Assembly (NCBI GenBank): GCA_964599215.1
Contig: CAZRDV010000005.1
Coordinates: forward strand, 1 to 58,317
Direction of reading: 5' to 3'
Length of the DNA stretch: 58,317 nt
From: an uncultured archaeon
GTDB lineage: Archaea; Aenigmatarchaeota; Aenigmatarchaeia; GW2011-AR5
Shown here: positions 37,083-46,595 of the stretch, piece by piece
Layout: every line of letters starts with the position of its first letter
How positions within the stretch are numbered: position 1 is the first letter of the stretch
Translations under genes and position numbers: made by a program
The notes under the pieces: model-generated
Seen by the model: only the letters and a program-made list of their open reading frames with translations
Told to the model about the DNA's origin: nothing
Databases searched by the model: none

Positions 37083-39062
37083 ATGGAACTAGCAGACAGG
37101 ATGGATGAGTTTCTCAGGGAGAAGTATTATAACGAATTACTCAAGGCAGCAAAGGAGGACAAGGTACTGGTTATTGATTTTTCAAGGCTTGATATATTCG
37201 ACCCTATCATAGCTGACCAGCTACTTGAGGATCCTGAGTCTGTTATAACTGCATTACAAACTGCCTCAAGCAACATAGTTCTTGGCGAGAAGATAAGGGT
37301 TCGGATAAAGAACCTGCCTGAGAGCAGGAACATAAGGATAAGGAACCTGAGGGCAAAGCACATAGGCAGGTTATGGTGCATTGACGCAATAATAAAATCC
37401 GCCAGCGAGGTGAAGCCTCAGGTATATGAAGCAGTTTTTGAATGCCCTGACTGCTCCACACGGATTACTGTTCCGCAGCTTACAAACCTTTTGCAGGCTC
37501 CTTTTGTCTGTGAGTGCGGAAGAAGAGGGGATTTTACACTTATCGAAAAGAAAATGTTTGATGCCAGATGGCTTAACGGCATGGAGCCGTTTGAGATAAC
37601 CTCAGGCGAGCAGCCAGGAGAGATAGCAATATACCTGAAAGAGGACCTGACAACACCAAGGATGCAGAAGAAAACAGACCCTGGCAACAGGCTGAGGATA
37701 GTAGGCGTGCTGAAAGAGCTGCCAAAGAGGATAAAGGGACGAATAAGTACAAAGCTTGATACCTACATTGAGGCAAACCATGTTGAGCCTGCTGAAATAG
37801 AATTCGAGGAGCTGGACATAACAGAAGAGGATGAAAAGAAAATAAAGGAGCTTGCTTCTGACCCCCTGATATACGACAAACTAAAGGCCTCTGTTGCTTC
37901 TGGCATATACGGGTTTGATGAAATCAAGGAGGCTCTTGTTATGCAGCTTTTCGGCGGCATTCCTCACTACATGCCTGACGGCTCAAGGATAAGAGGAAAT
38001 ATCCATATCCTGCTTACAGGAGACCCTGGTGTTGGCAAGACCATGATACTGAAGCTGGTATCCAGCATTGTTCCACGCGGCAGATACGTTTCTGGTTCTG
38101 GTGTTTCTGGTGCAGGCCTGACAGCAACTGTAAGGAAGGACGAGCTTATTGGCTCGTGGGTTCTGGAAGCAGGAGCACTCATACTCTGCAACAAGGGGCT
38201 TATAGCAATAGACGAATTCGACAAGATAAGCAAGGACGACCAGATAGCAATGCACGAGGCCACAAGCGTGGAAACGGTGAGCATTGCCAAGGCCTCGATT
38301 GTTGCCACACTGCCTGCCCAGACAGCTGTTCTTGCAGGCGCGAACCCTAAGCTTGGAAGATTCGATCCCTTTATGCCGATTTCAGAACAGATTCAAATAC
38401 CGGAAACACTAATGAGCAGGTTTGACCTTAAATTTGCAATCAGGGACAGGCCTGACAAGGCAACTGACGAGAAGCTTGCTGATTTTGTCACAAGCAGCAG
38501 GATAACGCCGGAGAGCACTGAGCCGGCAATTCCATTACACATTCTGAAGAAATATGTGGCTTATGCAAAGCAGATAAATGATATAGAACTGACAAGAGAG
38601 GCAGCTACAGCATTAAAGGATTTTTATGTTGATATGAGGTCCCGCTATGTTGGCGAGGAGATACCAACAGTGGCGATAACACTAAGGCAGTACGAGGCAT
38701 TGCTGAGGCTGGCAGAGGCATCTGCAAAGATAAGACTTGATAGAAAAATCACCATAGAGGATGCGCAAAGGGCAATAAACCTTATGATGTACTCACTTTC
38801 GCAGCTGGGTTATGACTACGAAACAAAAAGAATAGATATAGACAGGATAGAGAGCGGTGTTACTGCAAGCAGGAGAAGGAAGATAGGAATCATCCTAGAG
38901 ATTATCGAGTCCATGCAGAAGGAGGCAAGGGAGGTTGCAATAGAGGACGTGAAAGCAGAGGCAGAGAGCCAGGGAATAGAAAACGCAGATGATATTCTAG
39001 AAAGATTAAAGAGAGAAGGCAGTATATTCGAGCCGCGGCCAGGCTTTTTGCGGAAGGTGTAG
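37083..39062 (+). CDS. mcm: Replicative helicase MCM
   Basis: Zn finger CPDC...CECG, GDPGVGKT, IDEFDK, SRFD arginine finger, RQYEAL.RL.EA.A, C-terminal winged helix. Confidence 0.98.
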   Translation: MELADRMDEFLREKYYNELLKAAKEDKVLVIDFSRLDIFDPIIADQLLEDPESVITALQTASSNIVLGEKIRVRIKNLPESRNIRIRNLRAKHIGRLWCIDAIIKSASEVKPQVYEAVFECPDCSTRITVPQLTNLLQAPFVCECGRRGDFTLIEKKMFDARWLNGMEPFEITSGEQPGEIAIYLKEDLTTPRMQKKTDPGNRLRIVGVLKELPKRIKGRISTKLDTYIEANHVEPAEIEFEELDITEEDEKKIKELASDPLIYDKLKASVASGIYGFDEIKEALVMQLFGGIPHYMPDGSRIRGNIHILLTGDPGVGKTMILKLVSSIVPRGRYVSGSGVSGAGLTATVRKDELIGSWVLEAGALILCNKGLIAIDEFDKISKDDQIAMHEATSVETVSIAKASIVATLPAQTAVLAGANPKLGRFDPFMPISEQIQIPETLMSRFDLKFAIRDRPDKATDEKLADFVTSSRITPESTEPAIPLHILKKYVAYAKQINDIELTREAATALKDFYVDMRSRYVGEEIPTVAITLRQYEALLRLAEASAKIRLDRKITIEDAQRAINLMMYSLSQLGYDYETKRIDIDRIESGVTASRRRKIGIILEIIESMQKEAREVAIEDVKAEAESQGIENADDILERLKREGSIFEPRPGFLRKV

Positions 39063-39071
39063 GCAGATAGT

Positions 39072-39818
39072 ATGGAAGGCAAAAGATTAACAGCGATAAA
39101 GACAAGGATAAAGCCTGTGACATCAGGCATGTTTGTTGTACAGCAGGGGCTTAACCCCAACTATATTCTCACTAAAGACGGCCTTAGGCTGGCACGCGTG
39201 CGCGTACTGGGCACTATTGTTGATAAATTCCTTTCAGAAAACAGAAGTTTTGCCTCTCTGACTATAGATGACGGGACTGACACCATAAGGGCAAAGTCGT
39301 TTAATTCTTCGTCTATCTTCGATAACTTCGAGGTAGGCGACATTGTCGATATTGTTGGAAAGATAAGGGAGTATCAGGAAGAGGTATATCTGGTGCCGGA
39401 GGTCATCATTGCTGCGGAGCCGAATATCGAGCTGCTTAGAGAATTAGAAATAAGAGAGAGCCAGTCATCTTGGAAGGAGAAGAGAGAGATAATCCTGGAA
39501 TACCAGAAACAGGCTGGCGACCTTTCAGAACTCAAGAAGCTTGTTTCTGAGAAATTCGCTATAATGCCTGATGATGTAGAGGCAGTTATACAGTCGCTTG
39601 AGATACCTGTTGAAGGCGACATTGAAGAGAGACGGGACAAGGACAAAGAGGAGACTCTAAAGCTGATAGTAGAATTAGATAGGGGCGAGGGCTGCGATTA
39701 CTCAGAGCTCATAGAAAAAAGCAGCCTGGCTGAGGATGTAATAGACTCTATAGTAAATGACCTGCTGACAGAAGGACTCTGTTTTGAGCCAAGGCCTGGG
39801 AAGATAAAGAAGTTATGA
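39072..39818 (+). CDS. RPA32-like OB-fold ssDNA-binding subunit with C-terminal winged helix
   Basis: RVRVLGTIVDKF, TIDDGTDTIRAK, LLTEGLCFEPRPGKIK. Confidence 0.85.
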   Translation: MEGKRLTAIKTRIKPVTSGMFVVQQGLNPNYILTKDGLRLARVRVLGTIVDKFLSENRSFASLTIDDGTDTIRAKSFNSSSIFDNFEVGDIVDIVGKIREYQEEVYLVPEVIIAAEPNIELLRELEIRESQSSWKEKREIILEYQKQAGDLSELKKLVSEKFAIMPDDVEAVIQSLEIPVEGDIEERRDKDKEETLKLIVELDRGEGCDYSELIEKSSLAEDVIDSIVNDLLTEGLCFEPRPGKIKKL

Positions 39819-39846
39819 ATTTAAGCTTGGTAACTGAAATGATAAT

Positions 39847-40101
39847 ATGAATATCAAAACCATTATAGACGTCAAGAAGTTTGTCGAGAAGCAGAACAAG
39901 TCTATTATAAAGAAGGTGAGTGCAGAGAGCGTACTGGATATTCTGGATGAGCTCATAGAAAAAAAGATAAGGGAGCTTGAAAGAGGCGATATATTTTCTG
40001 AAGAAGTGAAGATAGCAGCAAAGAACAAGAAGCATGTCAAAATACCTGTAATGAAGAACGGCTACCAGATTGCTGTTCTCAAAGAACTAAGAGGCTATTA
40101 A
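39847..40101 (+). CDS. Small basic hypothetical protein, weakly histone-fold-like
   Basis: KVSAES...ILDEL...DIFSEEVKIAAKNKKHVK. Confidence 0.6.
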   Translation: MNIKTIIDVKKFVEKQNKSIIKKVSAESVLDILDELIEKKIRELERGDIFSEEVKIAAKNKKHVKIPVMKNGYQIAVLKELRGY

Positions 40102-40147
40102 ATCTTAGGCTACTGCTCTTATATAATTGTCCTGCTAAGTGATAGAT

Positions 40148-40318
40148 ATGCCAAAGATTCAGGCCATCAAGGGTGTCATGAAAACATTCCTCTGGCTGGT
40201 TAACGAGGAATGGGGGGCAATGGACCATAAGCTTATAAGAATAGTAGCAGGAGCAGTAGGTTTTACCCTGATGGCGCTGTTCTGGTACTTCTTCATCCGG
40301 AACTTCTTACCATTCTAA
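40148..40318 (+). CDS. 56-aa single-TM microprotein
   Basis: MPKIQAIKGVMKTFLWLVNEEWGAMDHKLIRIVAGAVGFTLMALFWYFFIRNFLPF. Confidence 0.5.
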   Translation: MPKIQAIKGVMKTFLWLVNEEWGAMDHKLIRIVAGAVGFTLMALFWYFFIRNFLPF

Positions 40319-40331
40319 GGGGTGGTTTAAT

Positions 40332-40628
40332 ATGAATTCTACTCATCTAGACCATAAACGACATCATAAGACACATGAAGAGCAGAGTAACGACAGACCA
40401 AAAACTGTGGCAGTAGGAAAAAGAATAATGGAAATAGTTGACTATGACCAAGAAGAGTATGAAAGATACTTAAAAACAAAAACATACATTCACCGAGGCA
40501 AGAAATATAAGGCAACAGGCCCTGAGGTATTTGGAAGTACTTATTATATGTCATTAGCAAGCCAAAAAGCTGACTTGATTCTGAAGCAGAGAGATGAACA
40601 CAGGGCAAGAGGGTATATAAAAACCTAA
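40332..40628 (+). CDS. Hypothetical protein
   Basis: 98 aa; SD GGGGTGG. Confidence 0.55.
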   Translation: MNSTHLDHKRHHKTHEEQSNDRPKTVAVGKRIMEIVDYDQEEYERYLKTKTYIHRGKKYKATGPEVFGSTYYMSLASQKADLILKQRDEHRARGYIKT

Positions 40629-40846
40629 CTAATCATTCCAAGCTCTTTTCCTATTTCCAGCCAGGCATAAGCCCAGATAACTGCCTCGAATGCGCGGATT
40701 AGATCGCCGTTAGCAAGAAAGTGTTCACTGTCAGCTATGTAGGCATCAATGTTCTTTAGAAAATCTTCTTTTCCAGAGCTAATCTTTTTTCTTTCGTTCT
40801 TTATTCTTTCTAGCCATTTCTCTGTTTCTTTTCTCAGTTCTTCCAT
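40625..40846 (-). CDS. DUF357 family protein
   Basis: AYIADSEHFL..GDLIRAFEAVIWAYAWLE; adjacent to dph5 as is usual. Confidence 0.88.
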   Translation of the reverse strand: MEELRKETEKWLERIKNERKKISSGKEDFLKNIDAYIADSEHFLANGDLIRAFEAVIWAYAWLEIGKELGMIS

Positions 40847-41535
40847 ATCTCCAGTGCCTCCTGTTCCTTGAAGTTTAGTTTGCCTGGCACGATAATGACA
40901 GCAGGCACAGAAAAATCCTCGCCTGCCAGCTTTTCCGCGCTCTGGTACTGGATTATGCTGTTGCCTAGTTCAGCACAGGCAACTATTTTCTCGCTGCTGA
41001 GTACTGCGCTGTTCTTCAGAAGCATTTTTATCCCGTCTTTCACTGTCATTTTTTCAGTGTCCATGAGAACTAGCGTGTGCAGGCCTGCTTGCTTGTTCTC
41101 CCTGATAACATCGTACGGGCTCTGCAGTTCATAACCAGCAGAAACAAGCGTGGTTGTTCTGCCGAACTTGTAAAGCATAAGTCCGCTTTCAGCTACTGCC
41201 GTGTATATAGAAGAAGCATGGATAACCTGGAATTCTATGCCACGCTTCCTTGCCTCTATCATCAGCTCTATGTGTGTTGTAGCTGTCAAGGGGTCTCCAG
41301 GCACAAGCAGTGCAACGTTTTCCTTGGCCTGGTTTATTAAAAAATCACTTTCAACCTGTTCCCTGTTTAATACCTGAATCTTTTTCTTTATCATACCTTC
41401 TATCTTCTTCAAGTCACCGTGCCATTTGCTTGTGTACTCTTCATAAAACACAGAGCTGCAGCTCTTCAATGCCTCTATTGCTTTCAGAGCAATATCGCCT
41501 TCGTCATGCAGCCCCAGACCAATAAGATACAACAT
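40834..41535 (-). CDS. dph5: Diphthine synthase
   Basis: MLYLIGLGL, EEYTS, LVPGDPLTATTH, GLMLYKFGRTTT, GLHTLVLMD. Confidence 0.95.
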   Translation of the reverse strand: MLYLIGLGLHDEGDIALKAIEALKSCSSVFYEEYTSKWHGDLKKIEGMIKKKIQVLNREQVESDFLINQAKENVALLVPGDPLTATTHIELMIEARKRGIEFQVIHASSIYTAVAESGLMLYKFGRTTTLVSAGYELQSPYDVIRENKQAGLHTLVLMDTEKMTVKDGIKMLLKNSAVLSSEKIVACAELGNSIIQYQSAEKLAGEDFSVPAVIIVPGKLNFKEQEALEIWKN

Positions 41536-41537
41536 AA

Positions 41538-42335
41538 TCAAACCCTCTTTAGGACATTTTTTATAATCCTAGCAGCTAGGAATCCTGTCTTGCTAGGCAG
41601 GCGATCATCTGCTATCTCTACTATATCCAGGGATAAGCAGTTAATTTTTTCTAGCACGGCCATTATCTCTTCTGGCTTTGCCGAGCCTTCAGGAAGGCCT
41701 GTCTCTACGTACGATGGATCAAAAACATCCATGTCTATGGTAAGATGAACAGGCTTTTCCAGTTTTATTTCCCTTTTCAGAAAATCGTCAATACTGAAAC
41801 ATTCGATATTCCTTTCCTTAATTATTTCCGCTTCTTCCTTGTTCCAGCTTTGCACGCCCACCTGGATTATTTTTGATAAACCTGATGCATGATAAGCCCA
41901 TGCCTGATGTGAATACCTGTTTTCAAGATAGTCCTTTCTCAGGTCTGCGTGCGCATCCAGCTGTATTATCGTCCTTGGTCTTAACGTTTCTACTATCGGT
42001 AGGGTTATTGAATGCTCGCCACCCACGAATATGGGAAATGCCCTCTTATTTTCATTCATGATATCCTGAAGGGTTTCCTTTATCCTTTTTGCTGTCAGTT
42101 CATAAGAACCAGGCACTACTTCCAGGTCTCCAAGATCGCAGACCTTCAGCTTCTCGAACAGATTTACATCGTCTATGAAATCTTCTGTCAGCTTTAATGC
42201 TTCTCTAACCATTAAAGGGCCGTATATAGAATTCTTGCTTATGCTGGTAGAAGCAAACGGTATGCCTAGGAAAACGACATCAGCCTCCCCCAGTGGATAA
42301 TTATAGCTAACAAATGTGTTGGATGTGTAGAACAT
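41538..42335 (-). CDS. speB: Agmatinase (arginase family)
   Basis: GGEHSIT, LDAHADL, IDMDVFDP. Confidence 0.9.
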   Translation of the reverse strand: MFYTSNTFVSYNYPLGEADVVFLGIPFASTSISKNSIYGPLMVREALKLTEDFIDDVNLFEKLKVCDLGDLEVVPGSYELTAKRIKETLQDIMNENKRAFPIFVGGEHSITLPIVETLRPRTIIQLDAHADLRKDYLENRYSHQAWAYHASGLSKIIQVGVQSWNKEEAEIIKERNIECFSIDDFLKREIKLEKPVHLTIDMDVFDPSYVETGLPEGSAKPEEIMAVLEKINCLSLDIVEIADDRLPSKTGFLAARIIKNVLKRV

Positions 42336-42339
42336 TTTC

Positions 42340-42582
42340 TCAACTCTTTTTCTTTTTTTCGTCAGACCTTTTTGACAGATAGAACGGAACCAGGATTATT
42401 ATCAGAAATGCCAGGCCGATTATAAACAGATTGCTCATAGTCTCCATGGAGCCGGTTAACCCGGAAAAACCCACATCGGATATGTAAGAGAGTCCTATAA
42501 CCACCAATAATTTTATACCGACTATCAATACAACCAGTGTCAGTATAAAGTCTCTTATTTTCTTTGATTCCATAATCTTCAT
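42340..42582 (-). CDS. Hypothetical 2-TM protein
   Basis: Two hydrophobic helices, basic tail. Confidence 0.65.
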   Translation of the reverse strand: MKIMESKKIRDFILTLVVLIVGIKLLVVIGLSYISDVGFSGLTGSMETMSNLFIIGLAFLIIILVPFYLSKRSDEKKKKS

Positions 42583-42602
42583 TGTTCCATAATTTTAAAA
42601 AC

Positions 42603-43223
42603 TTAGGCGTTTACCATTTTCCAGAATTCATCATGGTCCTTTTCCTTGTGTTTACAGCTTCTCATCGTAAGCAGTCTCAGGAACGTTTCCAGGGCTATCA
42701 CAAAGAAGAGGTAGTAGACAAGGATCCTCCACACAGCAGGAAGCTGCTGAATCATAAGCAATGAACTGTCCGCTGACATATATGCGCCGTCTATAAGGAA
42801 CAGGGCAAGCAGCGCAAAAGGAATCAGCTTTCCCAGGTCCTTTGCCAGATCCTCACTGTAGTATGCAACGATTCTGACTACTGAGACGAATGCAACGGAT
42901 ATGAAAAGTATGGTTTCTATGCTCTGGCTAGTGGATATTATGGTCAGGAGAAGGGACATCACGAGGAACCAGAAGAAAATCACAAAAGGGAATAAGACCA
43001 TGCACTCCACGACATGAAGGAACTTCTTCAACCCTATGTGTATGTCATACTCATGTATCTTTAATTCGAATATCTTCCTCCTTGCCAGGAACCTGTAAAA
43101 CTTGAATATGAATATGGAGTATAACGTAATGCCTAGTACGAATATGATTAACGGCCTCCAGAGGCTCACCATATCTGAAAGCGAGAAGCCGTATATTGCT
43201 GTAGACAGAAGGCTGAGGTCCAC
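42603..43223 (-). CDS. Hypothetical multi-TM membrane protein
   Basis: About 5 TM segments; AYYSEDLAKDLGKLIPFALL. Confidence 0.8.
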   Translation of the reverse strand: MDLSLLSTAIYGFSLSDMVSLWRPLIIFVLGITLYSIFIFKFYRFLARRKIFELKIHEYDIHIGLKKFLHVVECMVLFPFVIFFWFLVMSLLLTIISTSQSIETILFISVAFVSVVRIVAYYSEDLAKDLGKLIPFALLALFLIDGAYMSADSSLLMIQQLPAVWRILVYYLFFVIALETFLRLLTMRSCKHKEKDHDEFWKMVNA

Positions 43224-43267
43224 TATAACACCTTAGAATATTTTGTAACGCCTTATATAAATGCTTC

Positions 43268-43927
43268 TTATTCCTCAAGAATAGATTTCTCGTACTCCTT
43301 TGTAAGTGCCGCACGTATCTGCTTTGCAAGCTCCTTGCCGATGCCGTTAACAGCCCTGAGCTCGCTTTCAGAGGCAGTAAAGAGCTTTTCAGGCGTTTCA
43401 AAATGCCGTAGCAGTTTTTTTGCAGTTGCTGTACTTATCTTTGGCAGGCCTGCAACAAGGAATTCCTGCAACTGGTTCATACTCTTTGCCTTCTTTTTTG
43501 CCCTGATTGCTATGCTCTTCTTCTTTTCTGCTTGCTCTCTTTTTGCTATGGTATAAAGCATTTCAGCTGTTTCCAGCTGGTTCTTGGTCCATACTATCGG
43601 CACTAAGAATTCTGTTGCTATGCTTGCTAGCGCACCGCGGACTGCATTGGGATGAATTCTGTTGAATTCAATATCACCTTCTATTATCAGGATGGGGCAT
43701 TTGTACGACTTCATGCCTTTTAACTGCCTGAATAATCTACCGTCGACAATGCTCTGAAGAAAGTCCTTGCCTGTCTTCCTTTCGCAGGCAACATCACTGC
43801 TGAGAAGGTAGTCTGTGTCAAGTTGTTTTATCCTCAGCTCGCATTTCTTCTTTAGTATCGAAACTACTTTGCTGTTCATCTCCCGGCTGTCAGCAAAGAT
43901 AACAACACCATTCTGATAATTAGGCAT
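43268..43927 (-). CDS. ERCC4/XPF nuclease with HhH motifs (Hef C-terminal half)
   Basis: DYLL...ERKT..DF..SI.DGRLF.Q; HhH LPKIS.ATAKKLL and VNGIG. Confidence 0.93.
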   Translation of the reverse strand: MPNYQNGVVIFADSREMNSKVVSILKKKCELRIKQLDTDYLLSSDVACERKTGKDFLQSIVDGRLFRQLKGMKSYKCPILIIEGDIEFNRIHPNAVRGALASIATEFLVPIVWTKNQLETAEMLYTIAKREQAEKKKSIAIRAKKKAKSMNQLQEFLVAGLPKISTATAKKLLRHFETPEKLFTASESELRAVNGIGKELAKQIRAALTKEYEKSILEE

Positions 43928-43995
43928 GATAATAATTTCTTGAAATATTTTAAAAACTTTTTATTTTATCCTGCTAAATAGATATTTGATAAGAG

Positions 43996-44961
43996 ATGGA
44001 GAAATATGATTTTGGGCTTGCATGGAGGGATAAGAAGCCTGAGCCGTTCATAGAATTCCTGCAGAGGCAGTGTAAGGCAAAAAAGCTCGATTTCATATGG
44101 TGCCATGACGGGAATATAAGAAACATTGTTAAAGACATACAGAACGGAAACCTCAAGATAGGGTTCTTGCTTGATACAGAGGCAACCTATTCAGACCCAA
44201 AGGACCCCTATGCCAAGCTTTGCTACAAGGTAAAGGATACAGGAGGAAAGGTTGTTGATGACCCGGATGACGCCAAGATTTCTATAGACAAGTCGGTTAT
44301 GCATTACAAACTAAGAGAAGCCGGCATACCTGTTCCCTATACTGTTGTAATAAGGAACTGGGAGCCTGACAAATTCGAGCTCAGCCAGAACGAAAAGCAG
44401 AAACTCGGCAAGAGCTTCATCATAAAACCAGCATTGGGATATGCACAGCAAGGCGTTATTAAGGATGCCAGATGGGACATAAATGAGCTTGCAAAAGCCA
44501 GGAAATTTGACAAGGGCGACAACTTCCTTCTCCAAAAAAAGATTGAGCCTGCTAGGCTGGGAAAGAAGAAAGCCTGGTTCAGGGTATTCTACCTGTTCGG
44601 GGAAGTGATACCGTGCTGGTGGGACCCAAAGACCCGCGTTTACGAGCATGTCAACATGAAGGAGCTGACGGATTTTGAATTAATGCCCCTGATAAACACA
44701 ACCATAAGGATAGCGAATATAAGCAACATGGAATGGTTTTCCACTGAGATAGCACTGCGCATTAACAAGAAAGGCAAAAGGATATTTATTGCAATAGATT
44801 ACGTGAATGACCAGTGCGATATGACTGTGAAATCACAGAAACCAGATGGCGTGCCTGACGACATAGTCGAGCATATTGCAAAGCGGTTTGTCAGGATTGC
44901 CAGGATGGTATTGAATAACAAAAAGCTGCCAGATCACTACTCTCTTTTAGTTGCTAGGTGA
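43996..44961 (+). CDS. Uncharacterised ATP-grasp fold protein
   Basis: DKSVMHYKL..AGIPVPYT, FIIKPA.G, LLQKKI, RVFY..G, STEIA, IDYVND. Confidence 0.75.
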   Translation: MEKYDFGLAWRDKKPEPFIEFLQRQCKAKKLDFIWCHDGNIRNIVKDIQNGNLKIGFLLDTEATYSDPKDPYAKLCYKVKDTGGKVVDDPDDAKISIDKSVMHYKLREAGIPVPYTVVIRNWEPDKFELSQNEKQKLGKSFIIKPALGYAQQGVIKDARWDINELAKARKFDKGDNFLLQKKIEPARLGKKKAWFRVFYLFGEVIPCWWDPKTRVYEHVNMKELTDFELMPLINTTIRIANISNMEWFSTEIALRINKKGKRIFIAIDYVNDQCDMTVKSQKPDGVPDDIVEHIAKRFVRIARMVLNNKKLPDHYSLLVAR

Positions 44962-46470
44962 ACTCTCTAAACTCTGCTGCTTCTGCATGCCCTGAAGCAT
45001 CTTCTTCATCTTCCTTTCTTTATGGTAGCCTGACCAGTTGTATGCTTCATCGCGTGTGTTCTTTGTCAATAGCGTAATGACCTTTCCTGGCTGGGTCCTT
45101 GCTGTCCTCCCTGTTCTTTGTATCTTGCGTATTGCAGATGGTATTGGCTCATAGAATATGACAGCTGATGTCTCTTCTATGTCTAATCCCTCCTCGCCTA
45201 TCTGTGTTGCCAGAAGAATGTTATAGAAACCGAGCTTGAATTCGTTAAGTATCTCTATCTGCTCCTTCTGGCTAAGGCCTTTGCCGCGTTTCTTTGACTG
45301 GCCGATAAACTCGACTGGTGCTGCCAGCGGTATCTCTTTCAGGGCCTCCATTATCCTTGATATGGTATCCCTGAACTGCACAAATATTATTATATTAGAG
45401 TACTTGTTCTTCTCAAGCTCAGCAGCAACTATTTCTTTCAATGCCGCTATCTTTGGGTGCTCATTCCCCTGTTTTATCAGCTTTTCTGTCTGCCTTAGAG
45501 CTGAGGCAAACCTATCCTCTGCAAGAATCCTTGCAACAGCCCTGCTCTCCTGCTGTCCCAGGGCTTCAAAATAGTTGTTTAGCGAATAAAGACACTGCGT
45601 CTCCAACAGTGTAAGCGCGTGGTCAAGCTTGAGGACAGCAGCCAGCATTGACATGGCTGCAAAGCCCATTCCTGTTTTCCGCTTTGCCAGTTCCTGCTGC
45701 TTTCTTATTATCATGGATTTTGATATCATCGGAGAGTTAATTATCCTCCATTGCAGTAACTTATTTATCCGCTCTGTCTTCAGTTCCTCTAACAGGCTCT
45801 TTATCTCTTTCATTTCCTGCGTAAGCTCTACCTCTACCCAGCTCTGCTTTAGTTCCTGTACATAAGGTTTTACATCCGAGTCTTCCCTGGTTCTTATCTC
45901 CACATTACTTATGAAAAGCTTCTGCTTCACCTCGTTTATTTTCTGCCTGAACGAGCCAGGCGATGCTGTCAGTGCAAGAATCAGTGGATTCTCTGCCTGA
46001 AGCATGTACATCTTTGCAACGTAGGGATAGGCATAATTTCCTATTGCCCTGTGTGCCTCGTCCACTATCAGAAGCGAGTAATCAGTAAGCTTTATCGTGC
46101 CTCTTTTCAGGTCGTTCCTTATGGTCTGTGGTGTTGAGAATATGATATCAGACTTGTACAAAACTCCTCTTTCCTCGGGCTTGTTATGGCCTGTTACTAT
46201 CACAAGCTCCAGTCCTGTTTTCAGGAATCTTTCAAAGGACTTCTTATGCTGATTAACCAGCGGTCTTGTCGGCGCTAAGAACAATATCTTCTTATCAGGA
46301 TATTTTTCCAGCCTGCTGGCAGCAGCCAGGGCTGCTATATTGGTTTTGCCCAAACCAGTAGGTATAACACAAAGCGTGTTAGCAGTCAGGGCGGATTTTA
46401 CAATACCGTCCTGGTACTTTCTCTTCTCTATAGTGCCTGGAACTATCCAGGGATGGTTAACGAACAGCAT
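44947..46470 (-). CDS. hef: Hef/FANCM-like SF2 helicase (N-terminal half of Hef)
   Basis: PTGLGKT, DEAH, LTASPG, EEGLDI, IQRTGRTAR; no nuclease domain. Confidence 0.93.
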   Translation of the reverse strand: MLFVNHPWIVPGTIEKRKYQDGIVKSALTANTLCVIPTGLGKTNIAALAAASRLEKYPDKKILFLAPTRPLVNQHKKSFERFLKTGLELVIVTGHNKPEERGVLYKSDIIFSTPQTIRNDLKRGTIKLTDYSLLIVDEAHRAIGNYAYPYVAKMYMLQAENPLILALTASPGSFRQKINEVKQKLFISNVEIRTREDSDVKPYVQELKQSWVEVELTQEMKEIKSLLEELKTERINKLLQWRIINSPMISKSMIIRKQQELAKRKTGMGFAAMSMLAAVLKLDHALTLLETQCLYSLNNYFEALGQQESRAVARILAEDRFASALRQTEKLIKQGNEHPKIAALKEIVAAELEKNKYSNIIIFVQFRDTISRIMEALKEIPLAAPVEFIGQSKKRGKGLSQKEQIEILNEFKLGFYNILLATQIGEEGLDIEETSAVIFYEPIPSAIRKIQRTGRTARTQPGKVITLLTKNTRDEAYNWSGYHKERKMKKMLQGMQKQQSLESSPSN

Positions 46471-46595
46471 AGAAATAATTACAAGCAAATTGATTTAAGA
46501 TGTTGTAATAATATTTTTAGCTTTACTTCACCAAAAGAAAATAGTATACGAGTCCTTTGGCATATTTTTATAAGGCTCTCAGATAATTAGAATGT

